The notes under the pieces are model-generated. The model did not search any database. It had not been told where the DNA came from and saw only the letters and a program-made list of their open reading frames with translations. The position numbers and the translations under genes were made by a program. A stretch of 64,000 nt of DNA from a virus: positions 2,968 through 66,967 of the IMG/VR virus record IMGVR_UViG_3300009164_000002. One strand, 5' to 3'. Positions 25,913-34,595 of the stretch are shown piece after piece (within the stretch, counting starts at the first letter, position 1; each line of letters starts with the position of its first letter).

Positions 25913-26479
25913 ATGAATCAATTCATGACCTTAGAAGAAAGAAGAGCGAAGCGCGAAGCTACTCGCTCTTTTCGTGTGTCTAGAAAGAAAGAGCTCAAGG
26001 AGAAGCGAGATAACTTAACTCCTGACCAGATTCAGTGGCTTGAAGATCATCGTGTTAAAGAGGATCGAGTTCATGATCATAAGGTGTGTTGCCTAACCTG
26101 TAAGCGCATGAAGAGCTTAGATCAGTTTGCATTTAAGACAGCCTTGCGTTGTATGGTCTGTGATAAGTCAGATGCAATAGCGCAGTTATTCACCACTAGG
26201 TTATACAGCTTGGTATCTGGACGCATTAAGCACCATCGTATTGAGAGGTTCTTAGGTTGCAATCGTGACCAGCTACTGAAGCACTTAGAGAGCTTGTTTG
26301 TTGATGGTATGGGATGGCACAACCGAAACCTTTGGCACATAGACCACATAATCCCAGTCTCTCACTTCAATCACAATAATGATGATGAGGTGCAGAAGTG
26401 CTGGAACTACATGAATCTACGTCCATTGTGGGCTCACTTGAACCTAAAGAAGAGTAACAAGCTTGATACAGGTATCTAA
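25913..26479 (+). CDS. HNH homing endonuclease
   Basis: CLTC..CMVC; GMGWHN..WHIDHIIP...NLRPLWAHLNLKKSN. Confidence 0.9.
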   Translation: MNQFMTLEERRAKREATRSFRVSRKKELKEKRDNLTPDQIQWLEDHRVKEDRVHDHKVCCLTCKRMKSLDQFAFKTALRCMVCDKSDAIAQLFTTRLYSLVSGRIKHHRIERFLGCNRDQLLKHLESLFVDGMGWHNRNLWHIDHIIPVSHFNHNNDDEVQKCWNYMNLRPLWAHLNLKKSNKLDTGI

Positions 26480-26505
26480 ATGTTGCCTCTCTTTTTGTTT
26501 GGTGG

Positions 26506-26763
26506 TTAAACCTTTGTGTAGAGTTCCATGAATCTCTCTATTGGGTAGAGGGTGGATTCTATGGAGTTCTCGTTCCATTTCACGCCGAGCGTCCAGTTTG
26601 AGACGTAGTGGATGATACAACGTCTGCCACTGTGCTTAGCTATGTAAAGCTCCCCAGCTTTGGGTCTGAGAGGCTCTAGTTCATCCTGTCTTCTTCTCTC
26701 AAGGATCTCTAAGCAATCCTCGACGAATGTATCCATGTTTATCGGTTTGTTTATGTCTATCAT
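26506..26763 (-). CDS. hypothetical protein
   Basis: ORF track. Confidence 0.6.
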   Translation of the reverse strand: MIDINKPINMDTFVEDCLEILERRRQDELEPLRPKAGELYIAKHSGRRCIIHYVSNWTLGVKWNENSIESTLYPIERFMELYTKV

Positions 26764-27170
26764 ATTATTTGCATTTTGTTGTAGAAAGTTCTTGCACGTG
26801 TGTGCGTGTTATAGTTAAGTCTTTTCAGGCAGGGTCAGTTCGCCAATGATTTCGGTAGTTTTCTCAAAAGCTACTATAGGAGCCATAGACTGATGACCCC
26901 AGTCGTGGCTCCTTTCTTTTTGTATGAGGAAAGGGAATGCCACCTGTTCCATAGTCAGCACAGATCAACAGCAAATGACACACTGAGACGTTAGGGTTAA
27001 ATAACTGAGCGTCCTTAAATAAGTCAGTTAGGGTCACTCTCTGCTCCACTGTGGTAATCCATGGGGGGTAGGGGGGTATTGAGAAATAAGAAACTCGTCA
27101 ATGAATAACAAGATGCTCCTCACCCTTAACCAAGACTAAGTTAGTCTGGCTAAAGATGAAGAGATTCACA

Positions 27171-27395
27171 TCATCCATTCCTATACCTGCCTTGACCAGT
27201 ATTCACTTCACCATCTCTGCGGCTTGATTGCCAAGAGTCGTAAGCAATATACCTACGTCTTGAACTATCAATAGCAGGACGTTTTTCTCTCTGTCTCCTT
27301 AAGAACTCTTCATGAAGTCTTTCCACTTCGAGTTCCTCTAGTCGTTTCTTCTCTAGCCTTGCAGCCTTCCTTTTTGCTCTTTCCTCTAAGGTCAC
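27171..27395 (-). CDS. small charged hypothetical protein
   Basis: GTGA overlap with the upstream gene. Confidence 0.55.
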   Translation of the reverse strand: MTLEERAKRKAARLEKKRLEELEVERLHEEFLRRQREKRPAIDSSRRRYIAYDSWQSSRRDGEVNTGQGRYRNG

Positions 27396-27631
27396 TTGGC
27401 ACCTCCTTCTAATGCATTAGCAGGTAGGCCGATAGCTCTATCACTAGCATCACTGCACTTAGGGCAGATCAAAGCTATTATGATTAGTATTACGAGAGCT
27501 AGTAGGTTAAACCCAATGTAGCGAAGCTTGCCTTCATTAGCTGGGGTTGATTCTAAATAACTCTCACGTTCAATAAGCTGTTCTCTGGTCAGCTCTTCAC
27601 CATTAGGTAGTTTCATTAGTTCATTATTCAT
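27392..27631 (-). CDS. membrane hypothetical protein
   Basis: TM segment IGFNLLALVILIIIALIC; start at MNNEL. Confidence 0.55.
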   Translation of the reverse strand: MNNELMKLPNGEELTREQLIERESYLESTPANEGKLRYIGFNLLALVILIIIALICPKCSDASDRAIGLPANALEGGAK

Positions 27632-27713
27632 ATGTGTATTCCTCTTCCTAGAGGGCTCAATGGTGACCACCGAGCGGGGAAGATGCCTGTTGTGCGGTCA
27701 GGCTCCGCGATAA

Positions 27714-28013
27714 TCAGAAAGGACAATCAACTAGAACCCTAGGACTAACTCCTCCCATGAGTTCATCATGAGCTAGAGAGTCCCAGAACTCCTGTTCAGC
27801 AGTCTCATCATACTCACGCTCTAGCATAGCTATGCGATCACTGCATACCTTTTCAGCTTCCTTCTCCTTACCTAACTCATAGAGTCTATCAATTAGGTCA
27901 GTGGCTTGCTTCCATAGATGTGCAGTGTGAGGTCTACCATCCCATATCAGGTTGATAGCGTTCTGTGCATCGAGGGCGGCTTGGCATCTAGTTACATCAT
28001 TTGTCTTAGTCAT
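27714..28013 (-). CDS. hypothetical protein
   Basis: ORF with an ACACAC leader. Confidence 0.6.
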   Translation of the reverse strand: MTKTNDVTRCQAALDAQNAINLIWDGRPHTAHLWKQATDLIDRLYELGKEKEAEKVCSDRIAMLEREYDETAEQEFWDSLAHDELMGGVSPRVLVDCPF

Positions 28014-28416
28014 AGTAGTGTGTGTTTGTGTTCAAGCTGGTGCATACAGAGCGTATACATTACAGCAAGGTGGTGATCACTACTCATGAGCTACAGATCC
28101 AATCCTAATGACTAGATGCTACACTAGGGGCGACGGGTGTCCATCCACTCCCCAATATACTCACAGACTCCAGAGAGACAGTATGGGATACCTGTGATAT
28201 TTTTTTTATTTCTGGTGATATTTTTTTATTTTGGGGCATCAATTTTATTTTATTTTTTTGGGGGATGAGAAAGAGAGGAGGGGGGGGTGTAAGAGGAATG
28301 TAATATATAAAGAGGGGGGGATATGTTAGGTTTTTACGAAAAAAAAATTGTTTTTTGTTTCGGCAAGATGTGGTAGAAGATTGCATGGCTGGGGCAAAAC
28401 TATTACTAATTGACTT

Positions 28417-29118
28417 ATGAGTGAGATAGAAAACAAGGGTCGGCAAAGCGACAACAAGGTTTTAGCTGCTAATTTAGGAGTAGATTTTGCAAAAGAATGG
28501 GCAATGGGAGAGGGTTTGGATAAGCTTACTGCTAAGTTAAAAATTCCGCTTGAGTCTTTAGCAGGAGGAGTTGGGAAAAAAGCAGTGAGCAAATTGGCTA
28601 GTGCACCAGCTGCTACCGCAATAGAAATAGTAAAGGGGCTTTATAAGCTAAGGAGTCCTGATGCTAGGGATGGAGATGCAGAAAAAGGTAGGCAGTTAAT
28701 GCGAGAACCAGCGTGGTATCAGGTAGCAAATACTATTTTGAATTCAGCTGATGCAATGAGTGAGTATGGTGCAGCAATAGAGGAATCAGACAAGAAGGCG
28801 TTTGATAAAGCAAATGATCAAGGATGGCAGTCGATTAATGCAAAGGTTCAAGAGAAGTATGCAAGAAGTTCTTTAGCTCGTATGGAAGATGATCAAACAA
28901 ATAGACTTATCGAGGATATAGCGTATGATCGGAGCTTGAGGGAAAAGAATGAAATGACGCGAGCAGCGGCTAAAGAATCTGGGAAGCCAATGGGTCCATT
29001 ATATGGTGTTGAAAAAGAAACAGAATATAATCGTAAACAATTAGCAGAACAGGAAAAGATGAAAGATAAAGAAATAACAATGAATATGATTCGTTCTTAT
29101 TTTAAAGATTACGCATAA
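28417..29118 (+). CDS. hypothetical protein upstream of TerL
   Basis: ORF track, 3 nt before TerL. Confidence 0.65.
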   Translation: MSEIENKGRQSDNKVLAANLGVDFAKEWAMGEGLDKLTAKLKIPLESLAGGVGKKAVSKLASAPAATAIEIVKGLYKLRSPDARDGDAEKGRQLMREPAWYQVANTILNSADAMSEYGAAIEESDKKAFDKANDQGWQSINAKVQEKYARSSLARMEDDQTNRLIEDIAYDRSLREKNEMTRAAAKESGKPMGPLYGVEKETEYNRKQLAEQEKMKDKEITMNMIRSYFKDYA

Positions 29119-29121
29119 TAT

Positions 29122-30915
29122 ATGAGTGGAGATTGGAATGGAGTTATAGATGGCATGAGGTTTCCGCAGGGAGACAACATGGAGTTAACAAGTAATCTAT
29201 GGATGTTTGCGCATGGTCGTAAGAAGGGAGATGGAAGTGATGTTACGCCTAATGATCGGTATAATTATTTTGTTCGGGCTGTGGATTTGGCGTTTAACTG
29301 TGAAGGATCTATCCGTGAGGTTGTGTGGAATGAATGGACTGAAATGATCATTCGTGAGTTGATTGGAGATTGGTCGCATCATCGGTTTCTATCTTTGGCT
29401 GGATGTTCGTCTAGTGGTAAGTCGGACGCTGTGGCTTTGTATGGATTGATGTCTTACTGGTCGAGGCCTACGGATACCTATTTCATTGTAATGAGCACAA
29501 CTAAGTTGTCTGCAAGGGGGCGTATCTGGAAGTCAATCAACCAGTTCTGGAGTCAAGCAACAGAAAAGGGATGCCCCGGAAAGCTTATTGATTCAGATGG
29601 TTACATCAAAGGAGTTAATGCTAAGGGACAATTAACACGAAATAGTGGCATTGTATTGATGGCAGCGGGAGGGAGTGAGGCTGCAACTGCGTGTAAAGAG
29701 ATTCAGGGCTTGAAGAACGCTAATTTCTTAGTGGCGGCAGATGAGTTTGCTTACTTAGGCGAAGGCATATTGAGAACATCTAGGCAAAACTTAACATCAA
29801 ATGAACGCCTTACATTTTGTGGGATGAGTAACCCAGATAGGATAAGTGATTCATTTGGTGATTTGAGTGAACCTAAAGGAGGCTGGAAAACTATCACTGA
29901 GGAAGACGAAAGATGGGAGACTAAGTATGGTGTATGCGTAAGATTGAATGCAGAAAAGAGCCCACGTATCCTTCACCCTGAACTGGTGGATGAAAATGGT
30001 AGGCACAAATATCACTGGCAACCAAACCAAGAGCTTTGCGACATGGTGGCTGAAGAGCGAGGTGGTAGGAAATCAAGGGGTTATTATCAATTCATCAAAG
30101 CTTTCTGGTGTCCAGATGGTGCAAGTAATTCAATCTATTCTGAAATAGAGTTTTTAAATTCAGGAGCATTGGAACTTGGTGAGCCTGATTGGGATGACAG
30201 ACCAATAGTTATAACGGCACTTGATGAAAGCTTCTCTAGGGATGGCGATAGATCATTCTGTGCGTTTGCAAGGCTTGGTAAAGTAAACGGAAGAGATCAT
30301 TTACATATATGTCATGAAACCACTCTTGAGGAGGACGCTACGAATAAAAGTGTTCCTCATACATTCCAAATTGTAGATAAATGGAAGTCTTTAGCCAATG
30401 ATTTTGAAGTTAAGCCCAACAACGCAATTATGGATGGTACTGGCGGAGGTCAAGCATTTGGTCATATTGTGGATGTTCAATGGAGTCCTGCGGTTCAAAA
30501 GGTAAACTTTCAGGGAAAAGCATCTGATCGGGTAGTGGTGTTTAGAGACAAGAATACAACCTTCTTTAATAAAAATAGTGAGATGTGGATTCAACCAAAA
30601 GAATACATACGATCTAAACAGATTACTGGGCTATCTAAAGAAACAATGGCTGAGTTAATTGAGAGGGAATATCATGCTAGGGAAATTCGCGCTTTGCGAG
30701 TAGAAAGCAAAGATGAAGCTAAGAAGCGGCTAAAGAGAAGTCCTGACCGAGCTGATGTATTTAATATGTTAGTCGAGAAAGCAATTAGCTTAGGGGCTTT
30801 TCGGAGCGAAGAAGTAAAGAGAGTTAGCAAAATGGCTAATAATGGATGGCAAAAAGCTAGAAGTAATAAGCAAATTGCTACAACTTGTGGTCGTAAATTT
30901 AAACGTGGACTATGA
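29122..30915 (+). CDS. terL: terminase large subunit
   Basis: Walker A GCSSSGKS, Walker B LVAADEF, coupling MSNP, RNase H ALDES..DGD, D.TGGG, KRSPDRAD. Confidence 0.92.
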   Translation: MSGDWNGVIDGMRFPQGDNMELTSNLWMFAHGRKKGDGSDVTPNDRYNYFVRAVDLAFNCEGSIREVVWNEWTEMIIRELIGDWSHHRFLSLAGCSSSGKSDAVALYGLMSYWSRPTDTYFIVMSTTKLSARGRIWKSINQFWSQATEKGCPGKLIDSDGYIKGVNAKGQLTRNSGIVLMAAGGSEAATACKEIQGLKNANFLVAADEFAYLGEGILRTSRQNLTSNERLTFCGMSNPDRISDSFGDLSEPKGGWKTITEEDERWETKYGVCVRLNAEKSPRILHPELVDENGRHKYHWQPNQELCDMVAEERGGRKSRGYYQFIKAFWCPDGASNSIYSEIEFLNSGALELGEPDWDDRPIVITALDESFSRDGDRSFCAFARLGKVNGRDHLHICHETTLEEDATNKSVPHTFQIVDKWKSLANDFEVKPNNAIMDGTGGGQAFGHIVDVQWSPAVQKVNFQGKASDRVVVFRDKNTTFFNKNSEMWIQPKEYIRSKQITGLSKETMAELIEREYHAREIRALRVESKDEAKKRLKRSPDRADVFNMLVEKAISLGAFRSEEVKRVSKMANNGWQKARSNKQIATTCGRKFKRGL

Positions 30916-30940
30916 AATAAACGTTGATGATAAACTATTC

Positions 30941-30969
30941 TTGACAATGGTTTGATCAAAATATATTAT
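30941..30969 (+). promoter_or_regulatory. sigma70-type promoter (probably leaderless mRNA)
   Basis: TTGACA-17 nt-TATTAT; ATG at 30977 follows 7 nt after the -10. Confidence 0.6.
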
Positions 30970-30976
30970 TCATTCA

Positions 30977-31243
30977 ATGAATACAGAATTTCTAGGTAAA
31001 AGTCGTTTAGAGCAAGATGGTTCTGCTAACAGATACCAAGCAGTCACCTTTACTGGTGGCACATATGCACCTACAATTAATTTTAAAGGAATTCATGTCA
31101 ATCAGGATACAACTCTTGTATCTGTAGGGCTAGATGGTAATGCTGTTTCATTTGCTTTATCAAAAGGAACGCATCCAATTGCTGGCATTTCATTGACTGA
31201 ATCTGGAACATCTCCGACTACTGGAATTATTGCTTTATATTAG
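30977..31243 (+). CDS. small beta-rich virion (fibre/spike base-like) protein
   Basis: Ends GT.P...TTGIIALY, typical of small proteins preceding fibres. Confidence 0.6.
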   Translation: MNTEFLGKSRLEQDGSANRYQAVTFTGGTYAPTINFKGIHVNQDTTLVSVGLDGNAVSFALSKGTHPIAGISLTESGTSPTTGIIALY

Positions 31244-31245
31244 TT

Positions 31246-33387
31246 ATGCCTACTCACATTCGTTTAGGAATTTCACTATCTTCCATTTCTAATGGCGGAA
31301 GTTTATTTCCTATTAACGGATTTGCTTATCCAAATGAAACCCTAATTGCTCCAGCAGGAACAAGTTATCAGTGGTATGTGAACGATATAGCAAGAGTGAC
31401 TACACAAACTATAGTGCTGACTCTAAACGATATTGGACTTACTGTTCGGTGCGTGGTTGACGGGGTAAAATCTATCCCAGTAACTGTGTGGCATCCAAGA
31501 GATGTATCAGCGGTCAAGCATTTCTGGTGGGCTGAGAGCGGGGCGTTTAATTCTTTAGGTAATAATTTCACCGACGAAACTAGAAGCTTTACCACTACTC
31601 AACCAGAGACTATGACTTTGAGTAGGAATGGTTCTTTGAATGGTAAAGCTGCGTATGGTGACGTAGGAACTCCTGACAGTAATTACTGTTCTTGGAGCAT
31701 TGTCAATAGCAGATGGGAGCTGGTAATTAGTTCCGCATATTATGGAGAACTCAGTGACTTCATTTACTATAGTACGGAAAACACTACATATCCTTGGCAG
31801 GTAACTACTTGGACGGGTGGACTAAACGCAAACTTACAAACTGCTACGCAAGTAGCTACTACCGTTGATACTCTTGCAACTGACGGGCAGACGGTGCTTT
31901 ATTGGAGGGATATTATTGGTGGATTAAATGCGCTCAGTACCTCACCCAATGCTGGTCTTTTTGAATCCACAGATTTAGATACTGCATCCATAAAATTTGA
32001 TTCAACAGATTTCTTTACTCTCCATTCAAATCAACGAACTATTTTCAATTCACAGAATTGTTGTTATATTTTTGCAGGAGCGCAGGACACATTACGAACT
32101 GGCGGCGATGTCACGCACGGTGTTGTTTCAGTTAACAGAACTTCAACCATTCCGAAACTTGGATTGTTTACGCGATTAAATAGTTCAAATTCATTTGCCG
32201 CTTCTGCAAGTTCAAACAATTCTACGGCAGTAAATGTAGTTTCAACCTCAGATGCCGATTACAATGTATTAACTGCGGAAGCAATATTTAGTGACGGTGC
32301 CTTAAGGCTTAGGCGTAATGGTAGTCAATTAGATTCTGTAGCTGTATCCTCCACAATCCCAAATAACACCACCGCTGGTTCATACATCGGGGCAGGAGCC
32401 AGCAACAGCACAGCAAACTTCAACGGCTACATGACAGCCATTGTATTGGCTGCTGACTCCACCCCTTTATCAAATACAAATCGCAACCATATTGAGAGAT
32501 TCATAGGCTTGCTTGATAGTGGCATCGACATTCCGTTGGTTTATCCACCAAACACATTTAGTGCTACGGCGAGTGTTGTATATGATACAGTGGATGGCGT
32601 TCGGCTAACAGAATCAAGCAACGCTATCCCAGATTATTGGACAAGTTCTGACAGTCTTTATACTTCCCGCATAACCTTTAAATCGACGCTGACTTCGATT
32701 GGGATAGATGCTTTTGCAGCCAGCACATTAGACTACCCTCTTACTTTTCCGAGTTCACTTATTACAATCGGAGAAGGCGCATTCCGAGACTGCATAACTA
32801 TAACAGGTTCTTTGACAATACCAAACTCAGTCACCACGATTGGAAGTAACGCATTCTATTACTGCTATGGTTTAACAGGACTTACCATTGGCAACTCAGT
32901 CACCACGATTGGGAGTGCCGCATTTACCAACTGCACTGGTTTTACAGGGTCGCTCGTCATACCCAACTCAGTCACTTCGATTGAGATCGGAGCGTTTCAG
33001 GGTTGCAACAGTTTTAATGGTTCATTGACTATCGGAAATTCAGTCAATACGATTGGGACATTAGCATTCTCAGGCTGTTCTGGATTCACAGGATCTCTCA
33101 CCATACCTAACTCAGTTACTGTCATCGGAGATACTTCTTTTCAATTATGCTCTGGTTTTAATGGAACCTTAACTATTGGAAATTCAGTTACTTCCATTGA
33201 GTCTCTTGCATTTTTTAGTTGTAGCAACTTTACACGAATCAACATTAATAAATCGGTCGCGCCAACTATCAATGCAAGCGCGTTTAACGGCATGACAGGG
33301 GTATCCCCAGCAGTCATCCACGTTCCAGTTGGTGCAACGGGATACGCCGCAAGTTATAGTGGACTAACAGTTGTAAAAGATCTCTAA
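31246..33387 (+). CDS. fibre/receptor-binding protein with a ConA/LamG-like domain and BspA-type leucine-rich repeats
   Basis: About 8 LTIPNSVTTIG..AF..C repeats; LRLRRNG..YIGA..FNGYM LamG-like motifs. Confidence 0.8.
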   Translation: MPTHIRLGISLSSISNGGSLFPINGFAYPNETLIAPAGTSYQWYVNDIARVTTQTIVLTLNDIGLTVRCVVDGVKSIPVTVWHPRDVSAVKHFWWAESGAFNSLGNNFTDETRSFTTTQPETMTLSRNGSLNGKAAYGDVGTPDSNYCSWSIVNSRWELVISSAYYGELSDFIYYSTENTTYPWQVTTWTGGLNANLQTATQVATTVDTLATDGQTVLYWRDIIGGLNALSTSPNAGLFESTDLDTASIKFDSTDFFTLHSNQRTIFNSQNCCYIFAGAQDTLRTGGDVTHGVVSVNRTSTIPKLGLFTRLNSSNSFAASASSNNSTAVNVVSTSDADYNVLTAEAIFSDGALRLRRNGSQLDSVAVSSTIPNNTTAGSYIGAGASNSTANFNGYMTAIVLAADSTPLSNTNRNHIERFIGLLDSGIDIPLVYPPNTFSATASVVYDTVDGVRLTESSNAIPDYWTSSDSLYTSRITFKSTLTSIGIDAFAASTLDYPLTFPSSLITIGEGAFRDCITITGSLTIPNSVTTIGSNAFYYCYGLTGLTIGNSVTTIGSAAFTNCTGFTGSLVIPNSVTSIEIGAFQGCNSFNGSLTIGNSVNTIGTLAFSGCSGFTGSLTIPNSVTVIGDTSFQLCSGFNGTLTIGNSVTSIESLAFFSCSNFTRININKSVAPTINASAFNGMTGVSPAVIHVPVGATGYAASYSGLTVVKDL

Positions 33388-33395
33388 TTAAGCCC

Positions 33396-34196
33396 ATGCC
33401 TAAAACGATACATTACACATCTGGTCTGCCACGCGCTTGCTCCACTCTACTTCAGAACCTCTTAGCACAGAACCCGCTTGTCCATGCTACTGCTACCAGC
33501 GGTGTACATGAGATCATGTATATCAGCAAGGCGTTCTTTAAAACCGATGAGTTTCGTTCGCTGCCCCAACCACAAGAAGGTGAACAGCTTTTTTCTAACT
33601 TCATGCACGCTGGGATTGAATCAGCTTTTGACAACTTAACTGACCGCCCGATTGTGGTGGATAAGTGCCGCGCATGGATTGGCAGTGCTAACCTATTGTT
33701 CAAACTATTTCCTGACGCTAAACTACTTGTTCCAGTCCGCGACATTCGCGGTGTGCTTTCGAGCATGGAAAAGAAGTTTCAGAAACATCCTGAGTTCCAG
33801 TTTGAAGTCAATCAGCAAGATACCATGCGTCTCCAAACAGTCGAAGGCCGTTGCCAGTTCTGGCTTGATTCCGCTCCTGTAGGACTTGCTATTCAACGTC
33901 TGTATGAGCTTGCTCGTCTTCACAAAGACAAGGTTCACTTCGTCCACGCTGAAGACCTTACACGCGATCCCCAAGGCACAATGGCTAAGGTATGGGCGTA
34001 TCTAGGCATGGATCAATTTATCCACGATACAAACAACGTGGAGCAATACACACAAGAGCATGAGCTTGGTTATCCTTATGGCGATCATGCTGTTCGTGGC
34101 GAAGTAAAGCCATTGGTACCTGATTGGCATGATACCCTCGGTCGCCAACTCTCCGAAGGTATAGCTCAGAAATTTAACTGGATTAACGAATTATGA
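33396..34196 (+). CDS. sulfotransferase family protein
   Basis: 5'-PSB SGLPRACSTLL; DK; 3'-PB PVRDIRGVLSS; EDL..DP. Confidence 0.9.
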   Translation: MPKTIHYTSGLPRACSTLLQNLLAQNPLVHATATSGVHEIMYISKAFFKTDEFRSLPQPQEGEQLFSNFMHAGIESAFDNLTDRPIVVDKCRAWIGSANLLFKLFPDAKLLVPVRDIRGVLSSMEKKFQKHPEFQFEVNQQDTMRLQTVEGRCQFWLDSAPVGLAIQRLYELARLHKDKVHFVHAEDLTRDPQGTMAKVWAYLGMDQFIHDTNNVEQYTQEHELGYPYGDHAVRGEVKPLVPDWHDTLGRQLSEGIAQKFNWINEL

Positions 34197-34477
34197 AATA
34201 TGCAATTTTAAACCAACGGCAAAACGTTATGGCAGTTTTTGATGAACCGCCAGAGCAATCGCATGTTGAGGTTTCTGACGAGCTAGTTGAAAAAATCAAC
34301 TCCTTCAAAGAACAAAACAGATTAGCGTTCTTAATCAATGGGGAGATTACTAATTTTCGGGAACAGAAGTCTCTTGGTAACTTCTTGAGATGGGATAGCG
34401 TGAATAGTGAATGGATTATAACACCTATGCCAATCCTCCCTGCTGACCCACAACCTACTAACTTCGACACAATTTAA
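34193..34477 (+). CDS. hypothetical protein
   Basis: ATGA overlap. Confidence 0.6.
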   Translation: MKYAILNQRQNVMAVFDEPPEQSHVEVSDELVEKINSFKEQNRLAFLINGEITNFREQKSLGNFLRWDSVNSEWIITPMPILPADPQPTNFDTI

Positions 34478-34595
34478 TGTCCTCCAACAAATACGACATC
34501 AGTATTGATCGGATAGTCAAATAGATAAAACTTGACCAATATATAGATAAAGTCTAATTCATCTATGTAATTATTTAATTTAGCCAACCTAAAAA

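Noticed and set aside
25947-25960. GCGCGAAGC inside the HNH gene as a sixth mini-hairpin
   Set aside because: The stem is incomplete and lies within coding sequence.
32680-33290. Roughly 70-nt spaced nucleotide repeats (AACTCAGTCAC...) as a CRISPR array or DGR
   Set aside because: They are in-frame LRR coding repeats; no cas or reverse transcriptase gene and no adenine-specific variation seen.
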